From: a plasmid | Strand: one strand, 5' to 3' | Length of the DNA stretch: 64,000 bases | Sequence record: AP025670.1 | Shown here: piece by piece, positions 36,523 to 46,836 of the stretch | How the letters are laid out: every line of letters starts with the position of its first letter | Numbering within the stretch: position 1 is the stretch's first letter | Notes under the pieces: generated by a model | Told to the model about the DNA's origin: nothing | What the model saw: only the letters and a program-made list of their open reading frames with translations | Databases searched by the model: none | Position numbers and translations under genes: made by a program

Positions 36523-37023
36523 ATGAAAGCCCAGGCATACCCACCATCAGTCATTCGTAAAGGCGCTGTGTTGTACGCAGCCCTTTATTACATCTCTGAT
36601 GATGATAAAGCAAAGGTCGAGGTTACAGAGTGGATAGTTCGCTCTATTCAGAAACGACGCAACTCAACCAGCGATCAACGCTATGTCAATCTTGCCCAAA
36701 AGTTAGATGGGATTACGTGGGGGAAAAGGTCACGGAAGAATGGGGACTTTGGTTGGTTGCCATCTATACCGAGCTGGTGCTTGAAGCAGTTCCGGGAAGG
36801 TGGCGAATTGCCTTTTGGCGTTTATACGACTCGACTGGCCGCTCTCAAGTTTGCGAAAGTCAGCTTGCAGGAAGAGGTCCAATATTGCGAGGCCGAGCTG
36901 AAAAAGCCTCAGACAGAAGAGGATACTCAGGAACTCCAAGAGGAGCTGGCGGAGAACCAGAGACTTCTGAAAGCTGCTGGAGCAATGGTGAAGCGCGAGC
37001 AAAACAAGAAGAAAAGAGGTTGA
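36523..37023 (+). CDS. Hypothetical coiled-coil protein
   Basis: 166 aa. Confidence 0.5.
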   Translation: MKAQAYPPSVIRKGAVLYAALYYISDDDKAKVEVTEWIVRSIQKRRNSTSDQRYVNLAQKLDGITWGKRSRKNGDFGWLPSIPSWCLKQFREGGELPFGVYTTRLAALKFAKVSLQEEVQYCEAELKKPQTEEDTQELQEELAENQRLLKAAGAMVKREQNKKKRG

Positions 37024-37026
37024 CCA

Positions 37027-38454
37027 ATGTTACCGATCGTCTCCCCCTCCGTAGTAACCAAACAACTTGCGTTCAATCGAGTAGGCGATAAACGCAAGGT
37101 TAGGGTTTCGTCCAACTTTTTGGATGTTATGGGGTTCAAGCCAGGTATGGGCATCGCCGTTGAGCCAGGGGAGGGGATGGGCGGTTTTTCGGTGATCCCG
37201 GCGACCGATGAACTACAGACACACCAGGTTTATCAGCGCCGGTATCAACCAAAGAGTCGCTCCAACAACCCGCTGGAAACCGTTATTGAGTTTTCTGGAC
37301 AAGGGCTCATAGATAAGTGCTTCCCTCGCTATACAGAGCGTTTCCACGTCGAAATGCGAAAAGGCCGAGTAGTCTTCACTCCTGTCGCAAACAGAGCCTT
37401 TGCCATTGCTGATCGGTTCAGAAAAACCAGCCCTTTCCGTGCCTTTGTGGCATTGACTGGCGGGGTAGACATTCATGTTATGGAAGCGCTTGGCTGGAAG
37501 GCTGAGATTGTTTTGGAGCATCGTCCAGTTGAAGCCAGAGACAGAGCATCCGGGCGGAACCTGAGTGAAGTACATGCGCTCAATACGCTGGTTAACAGCT
37601 CCCCGCGTATCCTGCTGAATGAAGACATTCATCACCTGGAGCTGGATCGCCTTGGAGCCTTGCTGGCGGAGTGCCCACCAATTGGTTTGGCCCATTACTC
37701 GTTGGGGTGTGATGACCACTCAAACGCCAAAAGTCCAAGGGACAAAGAGCGTTCTCTTGAAGATCTCTCCACCATGCTCGACATGGTTTACCCGGCCCTA
37801 AAACAGATCGAGGTCGTGAACCCTGCCGTAGTGCTGGTGGAAAACGTCCCGAACTTCAAAGCATCCGGAGCTGGGGCGATGATGGGAACGACACTGCGGC
37901 GGATGGGGTACTTCCTCACTGAGATGGTCTTGAACGGTCTGAATTTCGGCGCTTACCAGGGGCGAGAACGCTATTACATGGTGGCGTCGGTATTCCCTGG
38001 GTTCGTTCCACCGAAACCTGAGCAGAGAGCTGGTGGACGATTGTGGCCGGTGATCGAGAAGCACCTCGGGGATTGTGCAGACGTCACAGCGTTGAAGTCA
38101 ATTCAGGCCAGAGAGTCAACTTCTCGCAGGATGCCTGCGTTCTTGACGAGAGAAAGCACCAGTTGCCCGACCATCCTCAAGTCTCAGGATCGTGGGGTAA
38201 AGGATGCAGTGTACATCCAAGACGGTGGCCGCATTTACAAGCCATCGGTCGATCTGGTTCAGGAGTTGATGTCGATACCTGATAGCTTTGATGTTTCGTG
38301 GATGGCAAAAGAACAAGCGACAGAAACGCTTGGGCAGAGTGTGGATTACAGATTGCATTCAGCGGTCATGGCCGCAGTTCGGGATCACCTGAATGTGAAT
38401 TGCGGTCGCCATACCGTGGTGCAGCACGGTATCAGAAGTAAGGAAGGGAAATAA
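37027..38454 (+). CDS. DNA (cytosine-5) methyltransferase-like protein, orphan, with a non-canonical motif IV
   Basis: Motif VI ENV (VLVENVPNF) and motif VIII QxRxR (YQGRERYY) are present; a GC dipeptide replaces the canonical PC at motif IV (SLGCDDHS). Confidence 0.65.
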   Translation: MLPIVSPSVVTKQLAFNRVGDKRKVRVSSNFLDVMGFKPGMGIAVEPGEGMGGFSVIPATDELQTHQVYQRRYQPKSRSNNPLETVIEFSGQGLIDKCFPRYTERFHVEMRKGRVVFTPVANRAFAIADRFRKTSPFRAFVALTGGVDIHVMEALGWKAEIVLEHRPVEARDRASGRNLSEVHALNTLVNSSPRILLNEDIHHLELDRLGALLAECPPIGLAHYSLGCDDHSNAKSPRDKERSLEDLSTMLDMVYPALKQIEVVNPAVVLVENVPNFKASGAGAMMGTTLRRMGYFLTEMVLNGLNFGAYQGRERYYMVASVFPGFVPPKPEQRAGGRLWPVIEKHLGDCADVTALKSIQARESTSRRMPAFLTRESTSCPTILKSQDRGVKDAVYIQDGGRIYKPSVDLVQELMSIPDSFDVSWMAKEQATETLGQSVDYRLHSAVMAAVRDHLNVNCGRHTVVQHGIRSKEGK

Positions 38455-39110
38455 TGGCAGTCATTTACTACGGCGAGGGAACCCATGACGCCGGTTTCGT
38501 CGGGTTCCGTGTCGCACGAACAGTTGGGGTGGCGGATGATTACCGGCAGGAATACTTCTCCTTGAGAGAGTATTCCTACGCAACAGCTCACCGGCTGGCC
38601 TACAGCTTGGACCGAAAGTGGGAAGCTGAGGCAGAAGAGGTGAAGCGTCAGAATAAGACTTGTAAGCGGCGACGCAACTCCGGGCCAAACATCATTGCTG
38701 AGGGGCTGAGGGCTTATATCAGCATTGAGAACCGGAGCCGGATGGGGGTGAAGAGAACCTACTTCGCGCCTTGTTTTCTCGTCACAAAGCCAGGCTACGG
38801 CAATGGGGATATTGCTTTCAGGATTTCCACTCATGGCTACGCAGAAGCCTACGAAAAGGCGGTGGAAAAATATTGTGAGATCCATGATTTGACGGATGAG
38901 CAGTATGTTGAGTTGCTTGACCGTATGCCGAGTACAGAGGTGTTCACTGGATACCTGCTGAATGCTCTTTTAATGCGCGGCCATCGCGCTACAAAAGCTG
39001 AAATACTGAGTAAGCTGGGGGCTGAGAAGAATGAAGAGGACATTGCCAATGGCAAAGGGAAAAGCGGCCAGAACAGAGTGCGTTGCCCAGAGTATCGGTG
39101 GGCGCAATAA
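38454..39110 (+). CDS. Hypothetical protein
   Basis: 218 aa, ATGG overlap with the upstream stop. Confidence 0.5.
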   Translation: MAVIYYGEGTHDAGFVGFRVARTVGVADDYRQEYFSLREYSYATAHRLAYSLDRKWEAEAEEVKRQNKTCKRRRNSGPNIIAEGLRAYISIENRSRMGVKRTYFAPCFLVTKPGYGNGDIAFRISTHGYAEAYEKAVEKYCEIHDLTDEQYVELLDRMPSTEVFTGYLLNALLMRGHRATKAEILSKLGAEKNEEDIANGKGKSGQNRVRCPEYRWAQ

Positions 39111-39312
39111 CAGCGCCACCAGCTTTTGGGACCGTATTTTAACAGTTGAGGAGACGGCCACACTCATTGGTGTCAGGATCTCTGAGCTCAAAGACTCGGT
39201 GCGCTATCAGAAACCTCTGAAAGGGAAGGTAGCTCCAGAAGTCCACTCGGTATCAGGAACTGGGAAACTGTTTTTTGATGGGCGATCCATTAAATCGTTC
39301 ATAGAGGGCTAA
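39049..39312 (+). CDS. Small putative HTH protein (start uncertain)
   Basis: …ILTVEETATLIGVRISEL… resembles AlpA/MerR-type HTH; overlaps the upstream gene. Confidence 0.3.
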   Translation: MAKGKAARTECVAQSIGGRNNSATSFWDRILTVEETATLIGVRISELKDSVRYQKPLKGKVAPEVHSVSGTGKLFFDGRSIKSFIEG

Positions 39313-39315
39313 CTG

Positions 39316-39534
39316 GTGGATCTGGATCAAAAGCAAGAACCGTGGATCAGCGTCAACGACAAAATGCCGGTCGTCGGTGTGCCTGTTCATTGCCAGCTTA
39401 AAGGATGTTGGTCGGGCAAAATTGTTGAGTACGACTTGATCCATGTTCAGGAAGATGATTGTTCGTGGCGAACGGCGGACGACAACTCGGAAGTCAGCTA
39501 TGACTTCGATGTCATCACCTGGAGACCTATTTAG
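39316..39534 (+). CDS. Small hypothetical protein (GTG start)
   Basis: 72-aa ORF. Confidence 0.3.
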   Translation: MDLDQKQEPWISVNDKMPVVGVPVHCQLKGCWSGKIVEYDLIHVQEDDCSWRTADDNSEVSYDFDVITWRPI

Positions 39535-39627
39535 GTTTGGGAGTCTTGCATTATCCGGCGGTTATTGCCGTGAAAATACGGATGTTCAAACCATGTTTTA
39601 TAGCAACACCTCCTTGGGGGCGGAATT

Positions 39628-40245
39628 ATGTTTTTTGATAACAAAGTAGAATCTCACTCGCTCGTAATGGGAGCCAGCGGGAAGGGTAAATCGGTCTTGT
39701 CCGAACAAGTGCGGAAAAATGCGAGGCTGCGCGGTGATCTGCTGGTGGATACTGAAATGTACCGTGAAGGTCGAGGGTTGAAACCATACGAGCATGAGTA
39801 CGCTCGTCGCTTAGTTCTGGGGCTAAGTGGACCGTTGCCGCGTGAACTGCGTGGGAAGCCGGTGACGGTTATCTCTGATGTGTCCAGGCCAAAAAAGGTA
39901 AAGCGTCAGCCAAAGCAATTTGTTAAGACCGTGAATGGCATAACCCTTGAACGCCAATTGGTGGCCGATGCAAGAGAACAGTTGGAAATGCAAACAGGCG
40001 TCTGGCTCAAACAACCTCAGCTCATCGAGCTGATGGAAGAGTCGGGCATAGACGAAACTCTGGCCGATTTTGGTGAGGCTGAAACACAGATCCGAGAAAT
40101 GCTGGCGGATGCGTTGGCGATGAAACTGGTAGGGCGCTCATGGCCCAAGTGTGGAGCCCTCTATAACGCGGCAGAAAAGTCCGACGTTAACTTTTCCTCC
40201 GAGCTTGATGCTGCGGCCAAAGAAGCTGGATACATGGTTCGCTAA
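39628..40245 (+). CDS. Hypothetical protein, possible P-loop (GASGKGKS)
   Basis: 205 aa. Confidence 0.45.
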   Translation: MFFDNKVESHSLVMGASGKGKSVLSEQVRKNARLRGDLLVDTEMYREGRGLKPYEHEYARRLVLGLSGPLPRELRGKPVTVISDVSRPKKVKRQPKQFVKTVNGITLERQLVADAREQLEMQTGVWLKQPQLIELMEESGIDETLADFGEAETQIREMLADALAMKLVGRSWPKCGALYNAAEKSDVNFSSELDAAAKEAGYMVR

Positions 40246-40452
40246 ATGGGATTTGGTGTGGACAAGATAGATCGGCAAAGTTGGCTCGTTAAATTCAGAC
40301 GAGCGAAGTGTCAGGACACTTTAGACACGATGCGGGATGCGGCCATTCGCAACTATGAAGGGAATATTCGTGTTATCGCGGATATTGTATTGGCCCATGA
40401 GGCGAGAGAGACAGAAATTGAAAAAGGGATGTTTTGTCGAATAGTTAGATAG
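40246..40452 (+). CDS. Small hypothetical protein
   Basis: 68 aa, TAAATG coupling. Confidence 0.35.
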   Translation: MGFGVDKIDRQSWLVKFRRAKCQDTLDTMRDAAIRNYEGNIRVIADIVLAHEARETEIEKGMFCRIVR

Positions 40453-40478
40453 CGTTGATGGGCTATCAGGTGGTGATT

Positions 40479-40763
40479 ATGAAAAAGAGAATACTTCATC
40501 TGCCCGTAAAAAAGATTTACTTCGATCAGATTAAGTCTGGAGAAAAGCCAGATGAATATCGCCTCGTTACAGACTACTGGATAAAAAGGCTTGAAGGGCG
40601 TGATTATGATGAAGTCCATGTTAAATGTGGCTACCCAAAGGCTGGAGATATGTCAAGGGTAGAAATTCGCCCCTGGCGTGGCTTCTCAAGAATTTACATA
40701 ACGCACCCGCACTTTGGGCCTGACCAAGTAGAGGTTTTTGCTATACATCTCAGCTTGCGATGA
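40479..40763 (+). CDS. ASCH-domain (PUA-like) protein
   Basis: …ILHLPVKKIYFDQIKSGEKPDEYR… resembles the ASCH N-terminal strand pattern; 94 aa from ATG 40479. Confidence 0.45.
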   Translation: MKKRILHLPVKKIYFDQIKSGEKPDEYRLVTDYWIKRLEGRDYDEVHVKCGYPKAGDMSRVEIRPWRGFSRIYITHPHFGPDQVEVFAIHLSLR

Positions 40764-40869
40764 GATGTCAACGATAAACAATTTGACCGAAAAGGGCAGT
40801 TTGGCATACCGAAATACGGTGCCTCTTAATGGTTATATTATTGCGTCATAACCAAAAGGAGAGGCACTG

Positions 40870-41637
40870 ATGAAGCTCATAAAAATATCTTTATTGTCAA
40901 TAGTTCTCGCTGGCTGCGCCAGCAAGGCTCCTACAGTTCTCACGAACCCAGATCCAAGTCTTTCACCAAAGGAAGTTGCTTACCATGCTATTGGTAAGGA
41001 GTTAGTTGAAACTCCGCTTAAAATGCCAGAGTCTGGCGTTGACACTGGGGGGATTTATATATACAGAGTTCCCTTCGAGCAGGAAGGAGAAATCTCAATA
41101 AAAAGGTCATTTGCCGAACACTGCTTTAGTGCTGGCGGCCAAATTGTTGATGGGGCAATAGGGTTTGCCTGTGAAGCGCCAGATCATGGCGTTCTTTACT
41201 CGTACCAAACAAAATGGAACAACAAACTAAACAAGTTGGATTTGTTTATTTATTTCGTCCGTGGGTGGAACTTTAGTGATCCTGTTTATATTAAATACGC
41301 AAAGGAGAAGATGGCTAATTTCAGATCAGGCGTTGCGATGGTGAAGGCAGGTAATGTTAGGTATGAACAACAAAAAACAAATGAAGCAGCAATGTCTATG
41401 TTGAGCGACTATAACAAAGAGCGCCCTCTGATCGAATCCATAGGTGCAAGGATATGTATGAATGTGAACGGGGTCCCTGTTTATGGCATTTCTCAAGGAA
41501 CAGTTGGGCGAGACGGTAATATTCAAATACAAATTGCTCGCGTGAACAGTTTTGTTCCGGTGGCATACAAAAATCAGAGGTTGATACCTGGTGTTCTCAT
41601 CATAGATTCAGGGATTAACTGGAAGATGTGCGATTAG
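40870..41637 (+). CDS. Lipoprotein (hypothetical)
   Basis: Lipobox LAGCAS; 255 aa; a hairpin terminator follows (41641-41668). Confidence 0.6.
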   Translation: MKLIKISLLSIVLAGCASKAPTVLTNPDPSLSPKEVAYHAIGKELVETPLKMPESGVDTGGIYIYRVPFEQEGEISIKRSFAEHCFSAGGQIVDGAIGFACEAPDHGVLYSYQTKWNNKLNKLDLFIYFVRGWNFSDPVYIKYAKEKMANFRSGVAMVKAGNVRYEQQKTNEAAMSMLSDYNKERPLIESIGARICMNVNGVPVYGISQGTVGRDGNIQIQIARVNSFVPVAYKNQRLIPGVLIIDSGINWKMCD

Positions 41638-41665
41638 AGAACCGGGGCCGATGGCCCCGTTATTA

Positions 41666-42154
41666 TTACTTGCTGAAACTTGAACAATTGAGGTGGGATA
41701 GTGCTTGTTCGTAGCTGCCTTTTTTGTTCGTCTTACGCAGTTCCACCAGCTCAACAATCACTGGGCTTAAAGCCAGAGATTGGGGCTCCCAGACGCGCTT
41801 GCATTTGACCGCCATGTTGGCATTTACGTCTGTAACAACGTAGAGAAACTCAGGCGCTTCTTTCAATGTCCCCAGGCCCTTTGCCATATCCACAGCCTCA
41901 GAGTTCTTATAGCTTCGAGTAAAGCTCAGCTCGTCTTGGGGAATGTAGCTGGCAGTCGCCGCAGCCAAACCTGACGCCATGCCTTTACCTGCGCTTTTTG
42001 CAATGGCCGAGCTGGTAGCTAGAGTTGGCATGATGGCCTGGCCCATTTGGCTGGCGGATGCCGCCGCCAAGCCAGAGGCGATGTTCTTCCCTGCATCTTC
42101 GGCAATGGCTGAGCTGGTGGTGAGCATCGCAGTTAAAATGATTGTTCCAAACAT
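41666..42154 (-). CDS. Secreted Ala/Ser/Gly-rich repeat protein
   Basis: Start chosen at MFGTIIL… (RBS AGAGGA); internal tandem repeat …SSAIAxxAGKxxASGLAAAxAS… ×2. Confidence 0.45.
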   Translation of the reverse strand: MFGTIILTAMLTTSSAIAEDAGKNIASGLAAASASQMGQAIMPTLATSSAIAKSAGKGMASGLAAATASYIPQDELSFTRSYKNSEAVDMAKGLGTLKEAPEFLYVVTDVNANMAVKCKRVWEPQSLALSPVIVELVELRKTNKKGSYEQALSHLNCSSFSK

Positions 42155-42168
42155 ACTTAATTCCTCTA

Positions 42169-44361
42169 TCAATCCATAAAGTCCGATTTTTTGAAGGGCA
42201 TAGTGCCTTTGCAATCGGGATAGGCGGTGCAGCCCCAGAACTTAGACGCTCGCTTCTTGCCTGGTGCTTTTCCTTTCCTGAGACGCATCGGGCTACCGCA
42301 ATCTGGGCAGTCTGGACAATCCTCAGCCGCGATACGCTTCTCGGGTTTCCCTCGGTTGTCTGGGAACGTCTTCTTGCAAGCCTCGTTCTGGCAGCCCCAG
42401 AAAAAACCGTTCTTCCCTTTGATCCGGTGCATCTCTCCACCGCAGTTGAAGCATTCGTGTGAAGGAGGCTTCGCGCCCTCGAAGGCTTTAGCCATCGCGC
42501 CACCTTCTTTGGTCAGAACCGGTGCGGCCACTTTGAGCTGCTCAACCATTTGGCAGATCCAGGAGGAAATCTGCTTCATGAAGACAGACATGTTCCCGGA
42601 GCCGGAGGCAACTTTCTCAAGCTCCTGTTCCCAAGCCGCAGTCATGCCGGGTGATTTGATGGCTGGTGGAAGCACTGCGATAAGCGCATGAGCCTTATCA
42701 GTTGCAAGCAGTACCTTTTTCTGGCGTTTGAAGTAGCCTTTATCAACAGCGCCCTGGATGATGCTTGCGCGTGTTGCTGGAGTGCCTAAACCGGCTGTGT
42801 CTTTGAGAATTTGCTTGAACTTCTCCTCAGTCACGAACCGGGCAATGTTCTCCATCGCGGCAAGCAATGTGGCTTCGGTGAAGTGCGGTGCTGGCCGCGT
42901 CATTTTGTTTGCCAGCTCGGCACCATTAAGCAAAGCGGGTTCGCCCTGGCTAACCCTGGGGAGCTTCTCTTGTTCAACCGGCGCGTCGGTGTCTTCCCCC
43001 TCGTCCTTGGGACTGCTTTCACTATCAGAAGCAAACAAAACCTTCCAGCCTTGTTTGGCAGGTGTCTTACCAGAGGCCGCAAAGAGGTGACGCCCACACT
43101 GCACCTCGATGGAGGTTTTGGTGAACTCGAACTCGCTGTAGAACTGCGCGATGTAGAAACGACGGATGGCGTCGTAAAGATTGAACTCGATCTCAGACAT
43201 GGCACTGATGTCTGTTCTGGCCGGTGTTGGGATGATCGCGTGGTGCGCGGTCACTTTGGCGTCATTGAATACCCTGGCCTTGCGATGAGGATCTGCGCCA
43301 GCCACCAGCCCAGAGACGTTCTGATCGGACAAAATGAGCGCCTGGAGAATGTCCGGAATGTCTTCCTTTTGGCTCTCGGGTAGATAACGACTGTCAGTAC
43401 GAGGGTAGGTGGTCGCTTTGTGCGTCTCGTACAGAGCTTGAGCTGCATCCAGTACCTGCTGAGCGGTGTATCCCCATCGTTTGCTTGCGTATTGTTGCAG
43501 CGACGTTAGATCGAAGGGGAGGGGGGCTGACTCTTTACCTGGTTTGGTTTCTGCTTTGCTGATAACAGCATTGGCACCATTGACCTGGGAGGCTACCTGC
43601 TCGGCATAGGCCTTATTGACGCACCGGCCTTGCTCGTCACTGCACTCTTCTGGTGGTATCCATTGGGCGGCAAACTGTCCATTCTGTACGGACACGTTCA
43701 CACCCAGAGTCCAGTATGGTGAGGGGGTGAAACCGGCGATCTCTCGGTCCCGTTGACAAACAAGAGCGACGGTTGGGGTGATAACCCTGCCAACGTGAAG
43801 AGTGTGGTTGAAGCCGACATCTCGGGCCAGCACTGTGTAGAGGCGGCTCACGTTCATGCCTACCAACCAGTCAGCGCGTTGCCGTGCCAATGCGGCGTAG
43901 TAGAGTGAGACCGTATCCTTGCCATCCTTTACGTTGTTCAGCGCTTTCTTGATGCTTGACTCATCGAGAGCCGTCAAACAAACCCGGCGAATAGGGCCAG
44001 AGTAGCGGAATCGATCCAGAAGCGAACGGGCGATAGCCTCACCTTCGCGGTCGTAGTCCGTTGAGATGTAGATGGTGCTCGCCTTTTTGACCAGTCCCTC
44101 AACAATTTTGTACTGTTTGAACGCACTCTTGCGAACGTTGTACCGCCATGACTCTGGTGCAATAGGGAGGGTCTCCAGTGACCATGACTTGTAGCGTTCG
44201 TCATAATCGTCTGGCATATACAATTCCAGCAGGTGGCCGAACGCCCACGTAATAACGCGGTTTCCTCCATCATGGAGAAATCCATCACCTCGTTGGGAGG
44301 CCTTCATTACGCCAGCCAAATCTTTGGCCTGAGAAGGCTTCTCGCAGATATAAAGGTCCAT
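42169..44361 (-). CDS. topB: DNA topoisomerase III (type IA) with C-terminal zinc ribbons
   Basis: 730 aa; TOPRIM N-terminus MDLYICEKPSQAKD; type IA catalytic core; 3 CxxC…CxxC ribbons at the C-terminus. Confidence 0.9.
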   Translation of the reverse strand: MDLYICEKPSQAKDLAGVMKASQRGDGFLHDGGNRVITWAFGHLLELYMPDDYDERYKSWSLETLPIAPESWRYNVRKSAFKQYKIVEGLVKKASTIYISTDYDREGEAIARSLLDRFRYSGPIRRVCLTALDESSIKKALNNVKDGKDTVSLYYAALARQRADWLVGMNVSRLYTVLARDVGFNHTLHVGRVITPTVALVCQRDREIAGFTPSPYWTLGVNVSVQNGQFAAQWIPPEECSDEQGRCVNKAYAEQVASQVNGANAVISKAETKPGKESAPLPFDLTSLQQYASKRWGYTAQQVLDAAQALYETHKATTYPRTDSRYLPESQKEDIPDILQALILSDQNVSGLVAGADPHRKARVFNDAKVTAHHAIIPTPARTDISAMSEIEFNLYDAIRRFYIAQFYSEFEFTKTSIEVQCGRHLFAASGKTPAKQGWKVLFASDSESSPKDEGEDTDAPVEQEKLPRVSQGEPALLNGAELANKMTRPAPHFTEATLLAAMENIARFVTEEKFKQILKDTAGLGTPATRASIIQGAVDKGYFKRQKKVLLATDKAHALIAVLPPAIKSPGMTAAWEQELEKVASGSGNMSVFMKQISSWICQMVEQLKVAAPVLTKEGGAMAKAFEGAKPPSHECFNCGGEMHRIKGKNGFFWGCQNEACKKTFPDNRGKPEKRIAAEDCPDCPDCGSPMRLRKGKAPGKKRASKFWGCTAYPDCKGTMPFKKSDFMD

Positions 44362-44594
44362 TAAGCAGCTCCTCTCATCTTTGATTCCAGATTCGCCAGC
44401 TCAGCCCAGCTTTGGGCCAGACCTTTGACTTCGGGGTAGTCTCTGGAGAGGTTTTCGAGGACTCCAGAAATGACATAGGCCGCTTCGCGGGAATTACCCC
44501 TCGAACCGGCCTCCTGGAGCATGATTGATAAAGCGTCGAAGAGCTCAGCCTTACGGCTTGGCTCTGTCTGGTTTCTTATTTCAGAGCTTTGCAT
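44361..44594 (-). CDS. Small hypothetical protein
   Basis: 77 aa, ATGA-coupled to topB. Confidence 0.4.
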   Translation of the reverse strand: MQSSEIRNQTEPSRKAELFDALSIMLQEAGSRGNSREAAYVISGVLENLSRDYPEVKGLAQSWAELANLESKMRGAA

Positions 44595-45193
44595 GGGTTC
44601 ACCACTGAATAGGGACGCACGGACTCGCGCACAATGCGGCGATCTGCGTCAGTTACAGCCTGGCTGGTGCAAAAGTGCGTCCAGGCATTCAGATAATCTT
44701 GATAGGTGTGGGTAGGTGGTATGCAGCCGGTTACAACATCCTTGGGGATGTTTGTAGTCCCCTCGGCTTCCACAAAGCGCCAATCGTGCTCGTCCATACC
44801 TTTGCCGCCATCGCAATAGCGTTCCCAGCGTGACAACTCGTACAGCGAGTAGCCTTTGCCTTTATTCATGGACTTGAAGGTATTGATGGCTTCGTTCACA
44901 TCCCCGTGCTGCTTGATCCCTGCTGGAGTTTTATCTGAACCAGCGGAGTCATCTTTGACCTTGTTCATCGTTGCGCTGACATTACCGTCGCCCAGCACAT
45001 GGATATAACCAGGTTGACGTAATGCAGCACCACCGCGCCCCATGTTGTCCCATGCCATCGACAGTTCCCGGCTAACTCGGGCAGGTTTGTCATTTTCGGC
45101 AGGGGCAGTCTGGGGCTGAGGCTTTTGCTCGGGGGCGTTAGAGGCACACCCGGCCAGAATTGCCACTCCCAGAATTGCTATCAGTTGTCTCAT
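44576..45193 (-). CDS. Lipoprotein (hypothetical)
   Basis: Start chosen at MRQLIAILGVAILAGCAS (lipobox; RBS GAGGAA). Confidence 0.55.
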   Translation of the reverse strand: MRQLIAILGVAILAGCASNAPEQKPQPQTAPAENDKPARVSRELSMAWDNMGRGGAALRQPGYIHVLGDGNVSATMNKVKDDSAGSDKTPAGIKQHGDVNEAINTFKSMNKGKGYSLYELSRWERYCDGGKGMDEHDWRFVEAEGTTNIPKDVVTGCIPPTHTYQDYLNAWTHFCTSQAVTDADRRIVRESVRPYSVVNPCKALK

Positions 45194-45316
45194 CGTGTCG
45201 TTCCTCATCAAAAATTGTCGATGAGCCCATTCTAAAAGGGGGGGGATGGAAAGCTGGTTTCTCAAACTGCCCAAATTGGACAGATAGGCGTGTGTGCGAT
45301 CTAAAGGTGTTTTGAG

Positions 45317-46759
<1,443 letters not shown>

Positions 46760-46769
46760 TCAGATTGAC

Positions 46770-46816
46770 ACTCTATCATTGATAGGGATATATTCCAACT
46801 CTATCAATGATAGGGA
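46770..46816. promoter_or_regulatory. tet operators O1/O2 (ACTCTATCATTGATAGGGA and ACTCTATCAATGATAGGGA)
   Basis: Two 19-bp TetR palindromes in the tetR-tetA intergenic region. Confidence 0.85.
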
Positions 46817-46836
46817 ATTAACACAGGATCTGAAAA

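Noticed and set aside
42227-43383. Plus-strand ORFs of 110-190 aa inside topB
   Set aside because: Antisense to a 730-aa topoisomerase gene with full-length homology
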